DNA of 64,000 bases, taken from contig CM074804.1 of assembly GCA_037447605.1 (NCBI GenBank), forward strand, positions 7,231,909 to 7,295,908, written 5' to 3'. The stretch is from Zygnema circumcarinatum SAG 698-1b. Its lineage: Eukaryota; Plantae; Zygnematophyceae. Positions 24,745 to 44,179 of this stretch are shown here, one piece after another (within the stretch, counting starts at the first letter, position 1; the number at the start of each line of letters is the position of its first letter). The notes under the pieces were generated by a model. It was not told the DNA's origin and did not search any database. It saw only the letters and a program-made list of their open reading frames with translations. The position numbers and the translations under genes are program-made.

Positions 24745-25579
24745 TCTCTTACAACCATTGGCTCGTTACCCAGGTAAAAAACATTGCCAATGACATGGTT
24801 GCAACCAACGATTGCTAATGGATTCAATGTTTGCAACCATTCGCTGGTGACCAACCCAACCATCGCCAATTTGCAACCATTGAATCAAATTAGCGCCCTC
24901 CTGGAACCCGGCAACGCGTCGCAGACGACGGCGGAACGGTCCATGGAACCCCCGCCGCTCCCCCCCCCCCCCCCACACCGGTCGCGTTGCAGGCGGCGCG
25001 CCTCCCCCCGCGGGCGCCACCATCAGCCATGGCCCGCCGATTAGGGCTGGCTCTGGGGGGCTGAGCTCGCAGCCTCTGCCTGTCAGACTCAGCAGCAGCA
25101 GCAGCAGTCTTCTGGCCCTGCCGTCGCGCCGCTGCGTGTTGGCTGGCTGGATGGCTCCCGGAAGGAAGGGGGGAGGATGAGAGCAAGGAGGACAAAGGTC
25201 CTGCAAGGTGTGGCGGCAAAGCGGCTGAGGAGGATTGCTCAACTGCTAGCGCCTAGGGCTGCTGCTTCTGCTGAACGCACAGAAAGAAATCCCTTTTTGC
25301 TGGCAAAGGGGGCTCTATCGACAGCTCGAATTCCATTGCAATAGCCGCTGAGCGCGCTATCTTGCTACACGAAACCTTGACATACGACAGCAATTGCAAA
25401 CTTATGGCAGCCGTCCTGGATCAAAAAAAAAATGAATCAAATGTTGCGCTATCGTTACGAAAGGATTGGACGGGAAAAGGGAAAAAAGACTCCAAATCTA
25501 GGTGACCCTTTGTGAGCTAGCTAATTCTACTTGCGTTGTCAATCTACTAAAAGAATAATGAGCATTTTGTTCGTGTCTC

Positions 25580-27320
25580 TCAATGAGGGCTTTCCTTGGA
25601 CTGTTTTTGCAGCTGAAATAAAGAGTTGAACCACAGCTTCCAAGGAGCATCCTCTTCGTACTTGAGCCACGACAGCCATGAGCTATCGAGCAGACACACA
25701 GCATTCACAAACAGGAGCTGGTGCTGCACAGGGATGAAGCGGAAGTTGGCGACTTGAACTGCTGGCCAGATCGCACCCTCTGTGACGAGAGCAGGTACAA
25801 AGTCACGCACAACGCCCTGCTTTACTTGGTCCCAGGAGTGGCCTGCAACAAGGCCAGTCCATGTGAAGAAGGCCACAAGGTGGATTGGCCCAAAAAGAAC
25901 CGTATCGCAGAACACCTTCACTGCAATAAAGGGCACCGAGTTCGGGCGCAGAAACAGGCGATTGCGGACGAAGTATTCCAGACCTTGATACCTGAAACCA
26001 GGAGAGAGAGCACAGGCAGGTCACAGCTCTATGATTTGACAGCAGTAGCTTGTAGAGGGAATCAGCAATGTCGGTGTCCATGTCCATACTATGACGATAA
26101 AATGTCGGTCGATCACTAAGACCAGCTCTGTCACAGAACCCGACCAAGTCCAACTCGATTATTTCACTGACAATTAAGTATCCCTAACTCCTCGTTGAAA
26201 TTATGGCCCTGTATGGGTTGTGGTGCGAAGAATTTAAGAAATGACTACTGCTTGTGAAATCACGATTTCTCTTCATACTATTTTGCCACGCAGCCTGGTT
26301 TATGATGGTCATCGCGATAATATCCATAACCTTGGCATGCGTTTATCATTTGCTTCATAATTACCACTAGTTCAGACAACCACGTCCCAAGCCAGCGATC
26401 TCACGATATCTTACTGAATGAAAATGCAAGCACTTTAATTAAGACCAGTCACCATATTTTGCGTTATGTTTCTGTTCCCAGCCTATCAGCAGTTATCCGG
26501 AAACAATCAGAAGTGAAAATTGAGGTGCCTTACCAATAATGGCCTATGGGTCCAACAAAACAGAAACCGAAGAGACCAGTCGCTAATGCACGCCTTTTAT
26601 CTAGCCGGAATTCGGCATCCTCGTCCCTTCGATGAAGCTGCTGCGGCTGCTTGTTGCGTTCACTTCCTGCCTGTGACACAAGAGCACCCGCCCTCTCACC
26701 TCTGAAAAATGACTGCCAAGAATGGACGGAAAATGCACCCTATAATGAACCCTAAAAAATTGCCTACGAGTTCCTATTCCCCAGCTATTTTTTTAAGTAT
26801 CTGAATGCAAGTTTGCAGCAAATGCTTTCCTGCCAGAATGGCGCTAATTTCTACAAAACCTTTGACTCAATTTCCCAATTCCAACGTATAAGCGACAATC
26901 CGTTCAAGTACTGAAGCGAGCGTGTAGCTGGGGGTCACATCGCTATCAAGCACAGTCTATGGTTTCCCTGACAACGCAAATAACTCAGAACAACACCACT
27001 TTCGCCATAATGACGATTGGCTTCTTTGCATCTCAACCGAAACACGGTTGAGCGACGAGCGAGAAGGCTGCTACAGAGTCAGAAGCGCTTACACGTCCTG
27101 CATCAGGATGGACATGCGCCGGATCATTGCGAATAATGGTGGAGTCCTGCAAGGTGAGGGAGCGCTGTTTCCTTCGCCGCACTGTGAAGTCAACGGCTTG
27201 TGCCATGCAGTCTCCTGCTGCCCACAACAGGCCTGAGGAAAGAACCTGTGTGCGAAGAGGCCGGCGGCTGAGCTGCTGCTGGTACCATCCCCAAGCGCCC
27301 TTCGCTGCTGCGAGCGCCAT
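25580..27320 (-). CDS. Mpv17/PMP22 family membrane protein (SYM1-like), 258 aa
   Basis: Exons 27320-27093, 26670-26534 and 25991-25580 splice in phase. They give WGWYQQQLSRRPLRTQVLSSGLLWAAGDCMAQ, RRALATGLFGFCFVGPIGHYWYQGLE, KVFCDTVLFGP and WPAVQVANFRFIPVQHQLLFVN. Confidence 0.92.
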
Positions 27321-27574
27321 GGCTGCCAAGTCCCAACAGTAGCCCCTCGCGTTGCCTCCTGCAGCAGCTCGTACTAAGTATTGAGTACCGCACTCTTCTC
27401 CTGCACTCCTCCTCACTCAGCGCCGGCGAGCCGCTATGCTGTGCTGTGCCTGCAGCAGCCGCTGGCGGTGGGCCTCCCGCGCCTTTCAGGGCTCCATCCT
27501 TCCCCGCGTGCAGCGCGCATCCATGTCTCTCCCCCCTCTCCGTGCGCTCTTCTTCTCCTTCCCTCCACTCAGCG

Positions 27575-28036
27575 CAGGCAGGCAGGCGGGCAGGCAGGCG
27601 GGCAGGCAGGCGGGCAGGCAGCAGGCAGGCGGTTGCTTTCAGCGCTGTGGTGGCGGGCGGGCGGGCCTAAACGGGGCCGCGCCTCGCTCGCTCGCTTCGC
27701 AGTGCAAAGTCGGCCGTCACTACCTCACTGCACCGCCGTACTGCACTGCATGGCATGGCATGGCATGGTAGCATGGCATGGCATGATATGGAATGATATG
27801 GAATGGAATGGCATGGCATGGTGGCATGGCATGGCGCTCCCTCCCACGCACGCACGCACGCACTCACTGCCTCGGGCCATGTCATGGGGTCGTTCACGGC
27901 TGGGGCGGGCCAGAAACGATGTGAAGCGGCTCCACACCCTGCGAGAAGGAGAGAGTGGGGAGAGAGGGGAAAGAGGCGAGAAGAGGCTGAGGCACGCGAG
28001 GGAGGGAGGGGTCAGAGGGGTAGAGGACACGCTCGG

Positions 28037-28070
<34 letters not shown>
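27575..28070. repeat. Microsatellite cluster upstream of the MPV17-like gene: (GCAG)n, (CATGG)n, (GCAC)n, (CTG)n
   Basis: Directly visible simple repeats at about 27575-27630, 27748-27835, 27847-27862 and 28037-28070. Confidence 0.85.
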
Positions 28071-28071
<1 letters not shown>

Positions 28072-29058
28072 GAGGCACGGCTGGCTGCCTACCAGTCATT
28101 GCAACGCCTCAGAGTTACAGACTGCGGCGGAAACTAGTAGCACGGCAAAACGTTGGGTGGAGCTGGTTATGGCAACGAATCCAGGGTGGTTCATTGGATT
28201 GACAACTGCTGCAGGGCTTTTGGCCATTTTTTACATGGACTAACCAAGTTTTCTTCATTGCCGTTGTCATTCGTGCTTGTCAGAGTACAAGGTTTGTAGC
28301 CTAAGTTCGACCATGCATGGTATGATACTTGGAAGTCTTAGGGTTAGTTGACAAAGGTTAGATAGGACAGCCTGAAGACAAAGCCAATTCGCGACATTCA
28401 CTCTCAAATGTCACGTTTACTTTCCATTCCATTCCATAAAAACTCAAGAACACAGAGCCACCTACAATTGCATCCAACTCGAACAACCCATCCCTCCATG
28501 GCGTACATACGGTAGCCATAAGGACATTAGCCCAATCCCCAGCCTTCCAAATTAACAGCTTTGCCTATCAGATACGAAGCAACGCAGGAGCCACAGATAT
28601 TTCATCTTGTTTCAATATGAGAACACAAATTCCCTTACACGCTATCTGAGACAGATGTCCCTAAACAAATTAAAGGCGTTGGGCTGATCATTCTACTTCG
28701 GTACCTTCTGAATGTCTTATTCCGAACCCAGTGACAAAGATACCGTCAACTATTCCCTGGTGAGTAATCCACCACCCCCAACAAAGGAATCTACTCAACT
28801 ACGCAAAAAATCCCAACTTCCCACTGGAGGTTCCCTGGAGTCAAGTTCTCTGAGTTCTTTTCTCTGATCTTTAAGCAATTGGGCGATTGCTACCACGTCA
28901 AATCGTTTCGTATTGACAAGGAAATCGAAGCCCTAAGGTTCCTCCACAAAGAGAATGACCCTCAGATGGAATGTTTCTGCTCTCGGGAGGCATCGCGAGC
29001 TTATCAATCCTGGCGGTGTCTCTAATATTGAAGGAAGGCCTCCCCTCGAGGACCATTG

Positions 29059-31093
29059 CTACATCTTTAGCGTTGCACCACACACCATAGCCAGCTGTTG
29101 AAACTCCTTTTCATCCAGCGCGCCATCACCATCTTGGTCATATGCATCAACGAGCATCTGCGCCATCTGCAGAGGAGGACGGAGACACCTTTTAGAAACC
29201 AAAGTGATCAGCGCTTACCCTACAGAAGATCGCCCATCATTGAGGACTCTCCCAGCGTTGCCTTACACAATGAAAGAGTATGGTCGCAACGATGCTTCAG
29301 CTTTGTGATCAGATCAACAAAATTGTGGGGATTCAGACGACATGGTTATAAGCATTCTGTGCGTTCATCGCTGCAAAAAGGAATGCCTGATCCAGTGCAT
29401 TGTCTAGGTAAAAACTTCATATTTCCCTTTCAGCATGGCTCAAGGTACCGGAGATACCTCTTGCACCTGCTGCTCATTGAACGAGTCACCTGCCGACATC
29501 CGCATCAGATCCACGAGCTCTTTTCTTGACAACTTTCCGTCGTGGTCGACATCATGTATTCTCAACAGCACTGCACACATGGACTCCACTTTCTGTGAAC
29601 CATGAGACTGACCACAATGGTGCCAGAGAAACGTTACAACTGAAACGACCCCCAAAAGCACTGGTATAGCAGCGCATCTTGATTGAGAAATGTCAATCTC
29701 TATGTTATGTTTTCTACGTTCTCAATCACAAGACTTCACCCAAGGTGCACAATGAAGAGAAATTCCAAGATGAGGTACTTCAGCCTTCGTCTCGCCCAGG
29801 ATATATGGAAGACAGGTGAAAGTGAGGGTTCTTGAGACTCTCACTTTGGAACTTGCCGTCAGCTGTTTTCTGAAATGTTTTGTACATCGAAATCCCCAAG
29901 CAGAATTCCAGAAACGTGATGAAACCATCACTGTCGCTGTCCATGAGTTTAAATAGTCGTGCAATGTAGAGGTTGCCCGCTGGCAAACCGTCCCAGAACC
30001 CATCACGCATTTGAAGGTGCCCCTGAAACAGCAAAAGGGGGCCTTGAACTGCTAGCCTAGCAACAATTCTACAGCTCAACCTCTAGAGCCAATCGTGGAA
30101 GGTATACGACGGCAGTGACATCAGCTTCATCAAAGACTTGGCCTACTCATAGCTGATGCCTCTCCTAAACACTTCATTATCTGATGCAGTCTTCTTACTG
30201 AATTTTAAGACGAGATATCGACTCAATTCCTTTGTAAGGAGGAAACATTTATTGAAACACTCTGTCTAGTTGAGAGTACATAAAAACGTGGAAGGTCAAC
30301 AAATTCGCTCATTCCGACTAGAATCCGCAAATGTGCGTGATGGCAAGCTCATCCGACAGAGAGACCGCTCACCAAATTCCGGCATTGCGCTCAATTGCTG
30401 AATACTTGCTTCAGATCTGTCCCCAACGAGCCGCTGAAATCGTCGTCGCAATCGTTGTAACTCTTTCTCATCTACTGTGAAGACAAAGAAAATAAAAACC
30501 AAAGACCAAAGGCTCAGAATAGTCACTGTCATAATTTAAGTTGGCCGACTGTTCGCCACCCGGACAGACCCAAAGTCATCCTTAACTGTTCGGACCATTT
30601 CTCGTTAAGACCAAACAATCAATGGTGCCAGATTACATTACGAAAGGTGCGATGGTTTACAGTTCAGACAAAAAGGTGAAACTTCGGAAAACACATGCTG
30701 GTCTGCCGGACATTGGAAGACCGAAGATACCATTAAGTACGAACTGTGCTGTCTAAAGTGACCAAGGAATCAAAAGCAGGTTAAATAATGATCAGGAGAA
30801 GCTAATAATGCAATCGACTCCTAACCATCCTAAGGAAATGATTTAGAGATAATATACAGATGGTGATGATGCTGCAGCAAAATGTGCAGCAAGTGCACCT
30901 GACCTGAATCAAGCCAGCCGTATTCATTTGCAAGCAACATTCAGCTCAGGTGGGAAAACAATGCCTCTTATGTAACATCTTATTCTTCTTTTGTCCTCTT
31001 TCTCAAGCTTCAGGCAAGATGAAAGGCCGCACATTGTGTGCGGGCTTTTGCTTCTTCCACAGCGGAAGACGAAATGCTGCCATTGTTGCCCAT
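29059..31093 (-). CDS. Calcineurin B / CHP-like myristoylated EF-hand Ca2+ sensor, 172 aa
   Basis: Exons 31093-31033, 30474-30373, 29979-29845, 29570-29458 and 29166-29059 splice in phase. Start MGNNGS; EF loops DSDSDGFITFLE, DVDHDGKLSRKE and DQDGDGALDEKE; ELQRLRRRFQRL..MPEFAGNLYIARLF resembles CNB. Confidence 0.88.
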
Positions 31094-31560
31094 TGTCAGG
31101 CACGAGCTTGCTGTAGTCACCGCTCATCTCCACCAAAGCAAATAGAAAAGTTGGAATGCATTGCGGATAAGCAGTTACAATAACGGAAAAACCTGAAGGA
31201 TAACAAGAGTCTAGCAAAGAAATAGCCTGTGACTGCCGCCTTCAAGGACCTGCAGAAACTCTAGATGACTTATAAGAAATGAACCGCTTGCTGAAATGCA
31301 GCGGGTATTCCTACTTGGGGGTGTCAGACTCCACGAAATCTTACGAACAAGAAAGTTTCGGTAAGTACTCCGCCGCAGCAAAACCGCGGTTTCACCGAAG
31401 CTTGTGTTCTGGTCTCAAACTTACGAACAACTTTTAAGTCTGACAGCCCCTACTATATGGGTGAAAGTGGAACGTCACACTCACTGCTTTAGTACAAATG
31501 AACACTGAAAACGTACGTATTTATTGCATTACTTTCATTCTACAGTGAGTAGCCGTTGAG

Positions 31561-31605
31561 TTAGGGTTGACTTTAGAACTGAATTAGGGTTACGAAGTTA
31601 GGGTT
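31561..31605. promoter_or_regulatory. Three telo-box-like TTAGGGTT motifs in the shared promoter of the CNB-like and O-methyltransferase genes
   Basis: TTAGGGTT at 31561, 31584 and 31598 within a 566-bp head-to-head interval. Plant telo-boxes are AAACCCTA. Confidence 0.45.
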
Positions 31606-31659
31606 AAGGCTACAGTTTAAGCAGTGTCTTATTTTCATTTCTTTAAAAAACATAGCGAG

Positions 31660-34600
31660 ATGGCAGCAATCTCAACGGCATATCCTTTTCCTTCTACAGC
31701 CGCAGTGCCAGCATGCCTCCCGAATGGGCCTTCTCACTCGGGACGTCTCACAGCTCGCGCATTGCAAAGTTCGCCAAGGAAGTCAACAGCTTTGATGTTT
31801 TCCACTGTAAACCGAGGAAACTTCATCAAATCAAATAGAGGGAAAGATTTTTTTCTCCCATGCAGCTGCTCAGGCAGCATCAAGAACGAGAACTCTGATG
31901 CTACGACAAGCAGAGAGGGAGCAGAGGCTGAAAAGTATGAGAAGAAAGTTTTGAATGGACAGCCGGCAATGCCCTCGGCAGCAGAGTCTCCTCGCATTCG
32001 TCCTCTCTCAGATGACGAGCGAGAGAAGAGAAGGCGCATGGAGGACGAGCTGAAGGACTCACGCACATTTATAGATTATCTCGCTCCGAGGCCCTTAAGA
32101 AGGTGTGCCTCCCTTTTATCCAATCTTGCTTTCTGTCAACAAGTGCTCGAGAGGTAGCCATCTTCAGAATATCCACGATTTACTCATACTTTATTGCACT
32201 GCTCCCGTAATCTCCCTTCATAACATGGACCAAATGGTGCCACTATGCTTATGGTCTCTAGGAATGCTCTTTGACCATTTGAGCTGATAGCATCTTGACA
32301 GAAAATCTGCCTTTTCATTTTAAAATGCAGGATATATTTTGCATCTGGTGCTGTGTCTTGCACTGTGGCCTTTGTCGTTTCCTTGACCAAAGTTGTGACT
32401 GAGCCAAGTCTTCAGGTGAGTAGCTTCCATAAAGGGACAGAAGCCAAAGCTGAAGCGCAAGCTGTGAAAGTTGCAGTCATCTTTACTCGTCATTTACGAT
32501 GCTGATTATGTCTCTGAGTTGTGATTGTGAAAGACTGTAATGATTAAGTGGCTTAAATAAGTGAATTTGACGCACAAATGCACGCACTTGCAATCGCAAT
32601 GAGAACCCATATGCTTTGGGACTTGTTCCCAAACTAAGCCATGACTTTCCCTGTGATTTGATCAGCTGGCTGAAGGCGGGATTGCCAATGTTGGAATAAA
32701 TCTGGCCGGTGCAGTGCTGTTTGGTGCTCTCTTTATCTGGGAGGGAAAGCAAGTAAGTTCTGAATTGTTTGGGTAAACCACCAACCACCTGCTTCTAGTG
32801 CTCCCGGCTCTTTAGATTTGTACCCCTTCGCTGCCTTTCTAAGTGTCAGCAACAATTGTCATGGCCTGATTCTGTTCCTTTCCGTCTTACCTTACTGGTC
32901 ATCCTCTTTCCTTTTCCCTCACGCAAATCGCACTTGCTATCACTAAATAATAATGGCCGCACTGAGGTCAAACAAGACGGCATCTCCCGAGACGTCTAGT
33001 AGAGCAATAATACATCACTGACAACTTCATGTTGCGGAGCATTCTGCCTATGTGCCGGTGGGTTCAACAGAAGGAGGAGCGAGTTATTCAAAGAAAGGAA
33101 ATCAGGGAGGCTCAAATCAGACTTGGTGACAGGTGGGCTCTTTTTGTAACTTCCATTCGACATGCCACTTTGTGGGGATGGAGACCTGCTGGTTACTAGA
33201 GTACCTTGTGCCATACGTTGTGTAAGCTTGCAGATGGTAAGACTGTAGGATTCTTCTCCTGATGAGCTCATATTCACTGTGACAGAGAAGTGTTTGTGAC
33301 CCCGGAGGGTGAGAAAATGTCTCGATTGAAGCCGGTGGATGACGAGTGGATCATACGCAGACTTGACAGATGGGGGAAGCAGGACCTGCTGCCTCAAGTT
33401 GGGCCTAAGGCAGGTGTTCTCACGCTCCACCTGTCAATGCATTTGAAAATAACAGTGGTGGCTTTGTCCTTTGACAGGAAGCTAGGAACGGATTTCTTCA
33501 AAGAGCCCTCACGCTGGACTCTATTTTTTGGAGAAAATCCTGCAGAAAGGCGCGATTCTACAGAAGCTGGTGCGGGAGAGGCAGCCTCAGCTCATTGTTG
33601 AGGTCGGCCATCAATGCCTTCTCAGAGCCGTTCAGTGAGCGGCTGTCTGAGATAATGTGAGGGAGAGTGAGTGACTTCAACTTATGTTGTTGTCTACGTA
33701 GTTGTTTGATTGAATCTATAGAAGTACAAATGTTCTGACTGTGGACGCAACCTAAAAACCGTTAAGGCCCATAAAACCATAAAATATTAAGGCCCCGAAA
33801 ACTTTAAGAACTCTTAAGACCCTAAGAGATAGCCCTCTTTCATGGGGGTTAGGTCGGCAGCTTCACAGGGTACTCCGCGATCAAGATGGCCCAAGCAATG
33901 CCGAGAGGTAGTCGCGTCATTTCGTTCGAGTTAGATTTCAAGTGGCTTCTAGTGGCCAAGAGGTACTTTCTCTCTTTCCCGCTCTTCACCTCGCTCTCAT
34001 CAACCTCCCCTTCCTCCCCCTCCTCCCTCCCTCTCCCCCCCCCACCTTACGCCACCACACCCTGCCTCTCCACCTCACCCTCCACCCTGCCTGTCCACCT
34101 CACCCTCCACCCTGCCTCTCCACCTCACCCTCCACCCCAGCCTCTCTCTCCTCGCTCCCTCTCCACCCCAGCCTCACTCTCCTCGCTCCCACTCCACCCC
34201 AACCTCCCTCTCCTCCCTCTCCCTCCACCCCGCCTTCTCACCTCACCTCCCTCTCCTCCCTTTCCTCCCTCTCCACCCCGCTCTCACTCACCTCCTCCAT
34301 CTCTCTCTCCCCGCTTTTCGCGAAAGAAAAAAAAACTAATAGAAATGTGAAGGACTTTGGCAGGTTTGTGTGGCAGGCCAAGATGGCGGACCGAGTTGAT
34401 GTGCAGTGGGGCGACGCGACAAAAGCTCTGCCCTCAGTGGATGCCCCCATCGACTTCCTGTTTTTGGACGCCAAGCCGTGGGAGTACCTCAGCTACCTCA
34501 AGGCGGCAGAGCCCCTCCTCTCTCCGGGAGCAATTGTCGTGGCAGACAACGCAGGTCAGCTCCTCTCCCATGTGATTATTCTATTGTACAAAAGGTGAAG

Positions 34601-35030
34601 CTTAGAGGTCTACATTTCACTTTCACCCTAAAAGCCATAAAATTTTAAAAAGGAAGAACTGGTATTGGTAAACTGGCGTTAATGGCGACGCCATCAAACG
34701 CATATGGAGAAAGGTACATGTCGAACCTATACGAACCAGTCACAACTGACCTAAAAGGAAAAAGGAAGGCCGTGAGCGGAACGCTGTTTCTAGGCCTGAC
34801 GAGGCTCTAAAACATTTAACTCTGTAGTGTAGTTAATCTTCTTCTTTCTAAGCTCAGATTATACTTTTCGCCTTGTGTGCACAGGTGTGTTTAGCAAGTC
34901 CCTCGACGCCTATCTGGAATATGTTCGGACCTCTCCCCTCTACCATAGTGACTACGTGGAGTCCACTCTCGAATACAGGGATGACGTGCCGGATGGCTTA
35001 GAAATCAGCGTGTACAAAGGCTCCTCCTGA
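31660..35030 (+). CDS. Plastid-targeted membrane-anchored SAM-dependent O-methyltransferase (catechol-OMT-like), 434 aa
   Basis: Nine in-phase exons: 31660-32102, 32331-32415, 32666-32752, 33071-33132, 33286-33409, 33546-33602, 33853-33962, 34364-34554 and 34885-35030. Ser/Ala-rich transit peptide, two hydrophobic helices, then VGPKKGAIL..QPQLIVEVGSFTGYSA, IDFLFLDA, PGAIVVADN and YLEYVR..EY..DGLEISVY. Confidence 0.85.
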
Positions 35031-35208
35031 CTGCGATTCAGCGCTTGTTCTGAATGCGAACAGTTGTTGAACTCGAACTTGTTGCGAATGAAGCATGCCA
35101 TCATTCAATGGAACCTCAAGCTCGATGTAGGTACTTTGACATGCATTAAGGTTCCTCTCTTTTGAAATCTTAATCAATAGTCATTTGCCTGCGAGTACCT
35201 TGAGTCGC

Positions 35209-39074
<3,866 letters not shown>

Positions 39075-39719
39075 AACAGCTTCAACTTGCTCTTTTCTCA
39101 GCTGAAAAAAGAAACTACTTTTACTTACTTACTTACTTTTAAAGAACTTTTACTTCTACACGCACTTATGGCAGCTCAATACTCAGGAACACCTTCTTAA
39201 GCATCATCCAAGCGAGCCATACTTTTTTGCTTCAGCATTTGCTTCTTTACTCTCTCCTCTGCCATCTATTATTGCTATGAGGGGCCGCAGGGAGCAGCAG
39301 GGATCCACTGAATTGACACTTTTCAAGTGAGCTCTCCTTATTAGAGCGAGCTGAGTCCCCAATTCAAGCTGCCAGATGGACGCTCCACGTGGTCTGGAGG
39401 ACGCCTTCGGACGCAAATGTACCCCAAGGACGGACGCTTTCCCCTTTCAACGAACACCCCCCCCCCTTTGACACTGACGACTCTCCCCTCCGGCAGTTAT
39501 CCATAAAGCATTGCGAGTGCTCATCTCACTGCATTTCACCTTTTGGAAAGCCGAAAAGCAGTAAGATCTTCTGCCTTGGAAAGAGCAATTCAATCTGCAG
39601 GCTGTGTTATTCTCTCTTTTCTGCTGACGTATATACGCGTTATCTTGCCTTATCCTTTTTTCCTGCCGTTTGAAGCCTTTGATCAAGAGCGTCCTGCAGA
39701 GCTGCGCGGGTGTACGTCC

Positions 39720-42673
<2,954 letters not shown>

Positions 42674-43627
42674 GTCCACCTGTTGTCTGCCGCTGCTGTC
42701 ACGCCCCTTTCTGTACTTCCATGGGTCCGTTTGTGCAGGTGCATTGGCTAATTTGCCGATAGGAAGCGAGCCCCCTCTAGCACGCGTGGTACGGACTTTA
42801 GAATTTCATGTTAGTTTGTCATTCTATGTTTCATGTCCATAAACTGTCGTCAATTGAGCAGAGGCTTGAACTCTTCCAATTCCATTCTTTTCAATGGTGA
42901 TGGCATTGAGGATGATCTGCTTCATTCTCTTTCTATGCCTGCTCCGTAAAGCGCTTCAAACAAAAAAAAACTGAACGACTGGGAAGCTTCGCATTGATTG
43001 GCGCTTTTGTACAACTTTTATGGCACAGACCTATGAACACAGACCTATTCTAGTCGAACAACAGTTGAAGCAGTCCAACGCTACCCTTCTAGGCAGTTGA
43101 AGGATGCACTTGATTGGACATAACATACTGTGAATATACCCTGTATACTCGCCTACATTTTTCACGTAACAGAGCACACGTCCTGACTATAGAAGTCAGG
43201 GATATGTATTACTACAACCAGTGACCTTGCACCTTCGTAGAGAAGGATAACGGCACAGGAAATCATGACACTAAAAAACGTATTGAATCTCCTGTGCATT
43301 TTCCTGATGACGATCAAAAAAATTCGCCCTGAAAGCAGGCCAACCTTTGCTGATTCTCGAATGAGGACAACTAGGTGCATAAGCGTTTATGCCCTGTCCC
43401 ACCATTTTCTTTACCATCACAGTAAGCTAGTATGCCACTGCTCTCTTGTCAATACAAATGCCTGTCCACAAGATAGGAAGCATTCAGTGAGGGGGCACAG
43501 GCGCTTTGAGGCTCCTTTATGCCTTGAAGCTGAAAAGGTCGAGAAAAGCTCAGTCTATAACTAAGGAACGATAAAATTGTAAGTGATCGTTCCCGTAAGT
43601 ATAAATTGAAGTTGCGGAAGGCACACG

Positions 43628-44179
43628 TCAGTCCGGGCAGCCGTTCATAAAATTTTTCCTGTGTTCTTGATATTCTTCCTCCCAGCCGCGCAACAGCTCC
43701 GCACACTGCTCTCGCCAAAGTCTGCAGGTCATCCAAACCTCCCCACAAAATGGGTCTTCAAAGACCTGAACTAATTTTCATAGACCTAGTGAAGCAATTG
43801 CTGGCAAGTTTCTGGCCGCATAGGGATCAAACCTGCGCATAATAATACTGAATTCCTAAGGGATTGGCTAGCTCCTTCCCCATGTCGTGAACACATTAAT
43901 CAACATGATAGCCGGTCGAACGACTCCCTAGAAGCTGCGCTGTTGGTCCAAAACATAATGCTGCTCATATCTTTAATCCCACGCTGCCTCTCGGCGTTTC
44001 AAAGCTCACCTGCACACTAAGGAGCACTGGATCAAGTCATGATAGTCCAGCTGAGCAAAATAACACCTTGCCACCAGTGCAGGTACTTCCAGCACCGGGC
44101 ACCGCGCACTCTTCTCTACAAACCGCCTCTTTACTGCGGCAAACATCTCCTCGGAGCAGATGCATGTCGTCTGCTCCAT
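43628..44179 (-). CDS. Small F-box-only protein, 87 aa
   Basis: Exons 44179-44010 and 43721-43628 splice in phase: MEQTTCICSEEMFAAVKRRFVEKSARCPVLEVPALVARCYFAQLDYHDLIQCSLVCRLWREQCAELLRGWEEEYQEHRKNFMNGCPD. The F-box-like core is LD..DL..CSLVCR.W. Confidence 0.7.

Noticed and set aside
27381-28243. 273-aa and neighbouring ORFs
   Set aside because: They are translations of microsatellites (GGQA, WHGM and poly-L runs).
33755-33830. Degenerate telomere-like AAAACC(C/A)TAA tracts (also ~5370, 5825, 10868 and 61855-61900)
   Set aside because: Too irregular to call interstitial telomeres; at most telo-box-like promoter or intron motifs.
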